25,330 nucleotides of DNA from a virus (taxonomy: Duplodnaviria > Caudoviricetes), in the IMG/VR virus record IMGVR_UViG_3300032221_000201, positions 1-25,330 of that record; one strand, written 5' to 3'. Of the stretch, positions 24,320 to 25,330 are shown piece after piece. The stretch's first letter is position 1, and each line of letters opens with the position of its first letter. The notes under the pieces were generated by a model. That model made no database searches and was not told where the DNA came from. It was given only the letters and a program-made list of their open reading frames with translations. A program made the position numbers and the translations under genes.

Positions 24320-25330
24320 ATGGGACTATTCAAGAAGATAGCAGCATTTACTGACATTCACTTTGGTCTAAAATCAAACTCAAAAATTCATAATGATGAC
24401 TGTGAAGAATTTGTAGACTGGTTTATAGAAACTGCTAAGAAAGAAAATTGTGATACCGCTATTTTCTGCGGCGATTGGAACCACAATCGAAACACAATCA
24501 ATATTACTACCATGAACGCTGGTTTGTCTGCGTTAGAGAAACTAGGTAAAGCATTTGATAACTTCATCTTCTTTCCTGGCAATCACGATCTCTATTACAA
24601 AGACCGAAGAGACATTACTTCAGTAGCGTGGGGTAGACATATTCCTGGCGTTAATATGATTACTGAACCAACGGTAATAGACGAAGTAGCATTAGTTCCG
24701 TGGCTTGTTGGAGATGAATGGAAAAACTTAGCCAAAGTAAAAAGTCGATACATGTTTGGACACTTTGAACTTCCGTTGTTCTATATGAACGCAATGGTTC
24801 AAATGCCCGACCATGGTGAACTACAGGTAGACAGTTTAAGAAATAATGAGCTTGTATTTTCAGGACATTTTCATCACAGACAGGCAAGAGATAATGTCCA
24901 TTACATAGGAAATGCGTTTCCTCATAACTATGCCGACGCAGGTGATGATGAACGCGGTATGATGATTTTAGAGTGGGGCGGGAAACCGCAATATATTAAC
25001 TGGCCAAACTTGCCAAGTTTTAGGACTGTTAAACTCAGTCAATTAATTGATAACATGGATACCATGTTGAAACCTAAAATGCATCTACGAGTAGCACTAG
25101 ACATTGATATTAGTTTTGAGGAAGCCAACTTTATCAAAGAAACTGTAATGGGCAATTATGATATTAGAGAGTGTACTCTTGTTCCTGAGAAAAAAGAGTT
25201 AGAAGGCAGTAGTCAACTTGAAATTACTAATTTTGAATCAGTTGATCAAATTGTTACCAATCAGATTGTAAACATTGAAAGCGACAATTATAATAGTAAG
25301 ACATTGCTGGAGATTTATAACAACTTATGA
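24320..25330 (+). CDS. gp47: Recombination endonuclease subunit, T4 gp47-like (SbcD/Mre11 metallophosphoesterase)
   Basis: Metallophosphoesterase motifs in order: TDIHFG, GDWNH, GNHD, GHF, SGHFH. 336 aa, directly after gp55. Confidence 0.92.
   Translation: MGLFKKIAAFTDIHFGLKSNSKIHNDDCEEFVDWFIETAKKENCDTAIFCGDWNHNRNTINITTMNAGLSALEKLGKAFDNFIFFPGNHDLYYKDRRDITSVAWGRHIPGVNMITEPTVIDEVALVPWLVGDEWKNLAKVKSRYMFGHFELPLFYMNAMVQMPDHGELQVDSLRNNELVFSGHFHHRQARDNVHYIGNAFPHNYADAGDDERGMMILEWGGKPQYINWPNLPSFRTVKLSQLIDNMDTMLKPKMHLRVALDIDISFEEANFIKETVMGNYDIRECTLVPEKKELEGSSQLEITNFESVDQIVTNQIVNIESDNYNSKTLLEIYNNL

Noticed and set aside
15944-24887. Short ORFs at 15944, 18146, 19120, 19911, 19949, 20567, 22875, 24388 and 24660
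   Set aside because: They overlap well-supported genes in antisense or alternate frames. The 19949-20146 'EDxEED' ORF is just the alternate frame of the GQGG low-complexity tail.
1-25330. Introns, inteins or homing endonucleases
   Set aside because: I saw no frame interruptions and no LAGLIDADG, HNH, GIY-YIG or intein splice motifs in the supplied proteins or in the parts of the giant ORF I translated. That check was not exhaustive.

Overview
AT-rich, gene-dense segment of a large contractile-tailed dsDNA phage that is a distant T4 relative. The very large baseplate genes suggest a jumbo phage (inference). About 23.4 kb of the minus strand is one tightly packed baseplate operon: tail-tube initiator/cap-like (gp48/gp54-like), gp53-like LysM wedge protein, putative hub, gp5/VgrG-like spike with a C-terminal lysozyme-like domain, gp25, an enlarged gp6, and a giant multidomain ORF (13053 to <1, >4351 aa). 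The giant ORF is missing from the supplied ORF track, apparently because its stop lies outside the window. Divergently on the plus strand are a gp55-like late sigma factor and a gp47/SbcD nuclease. The most notable observations are in the short intergenic gaps and the protein architectures. (i) A late-promoter box overlaps the -35 of the sigma70 promoter of the late sigma gene. (ii) A hairpin sequesters the gp6 ribosome-binding site and contains a late-promoter box. (iii) gp47 is probably leaderless. (iv) The spike resembles an 'evolved VgrG'. (v) The giant protein carries many inserted adhesion-like modules. I saw no tRNA, rRNA, CRISPR array, mobile element, intron/intein or genetic-code reassignment. 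All protein family calls come from motifs recognised by eye, not from database searches.
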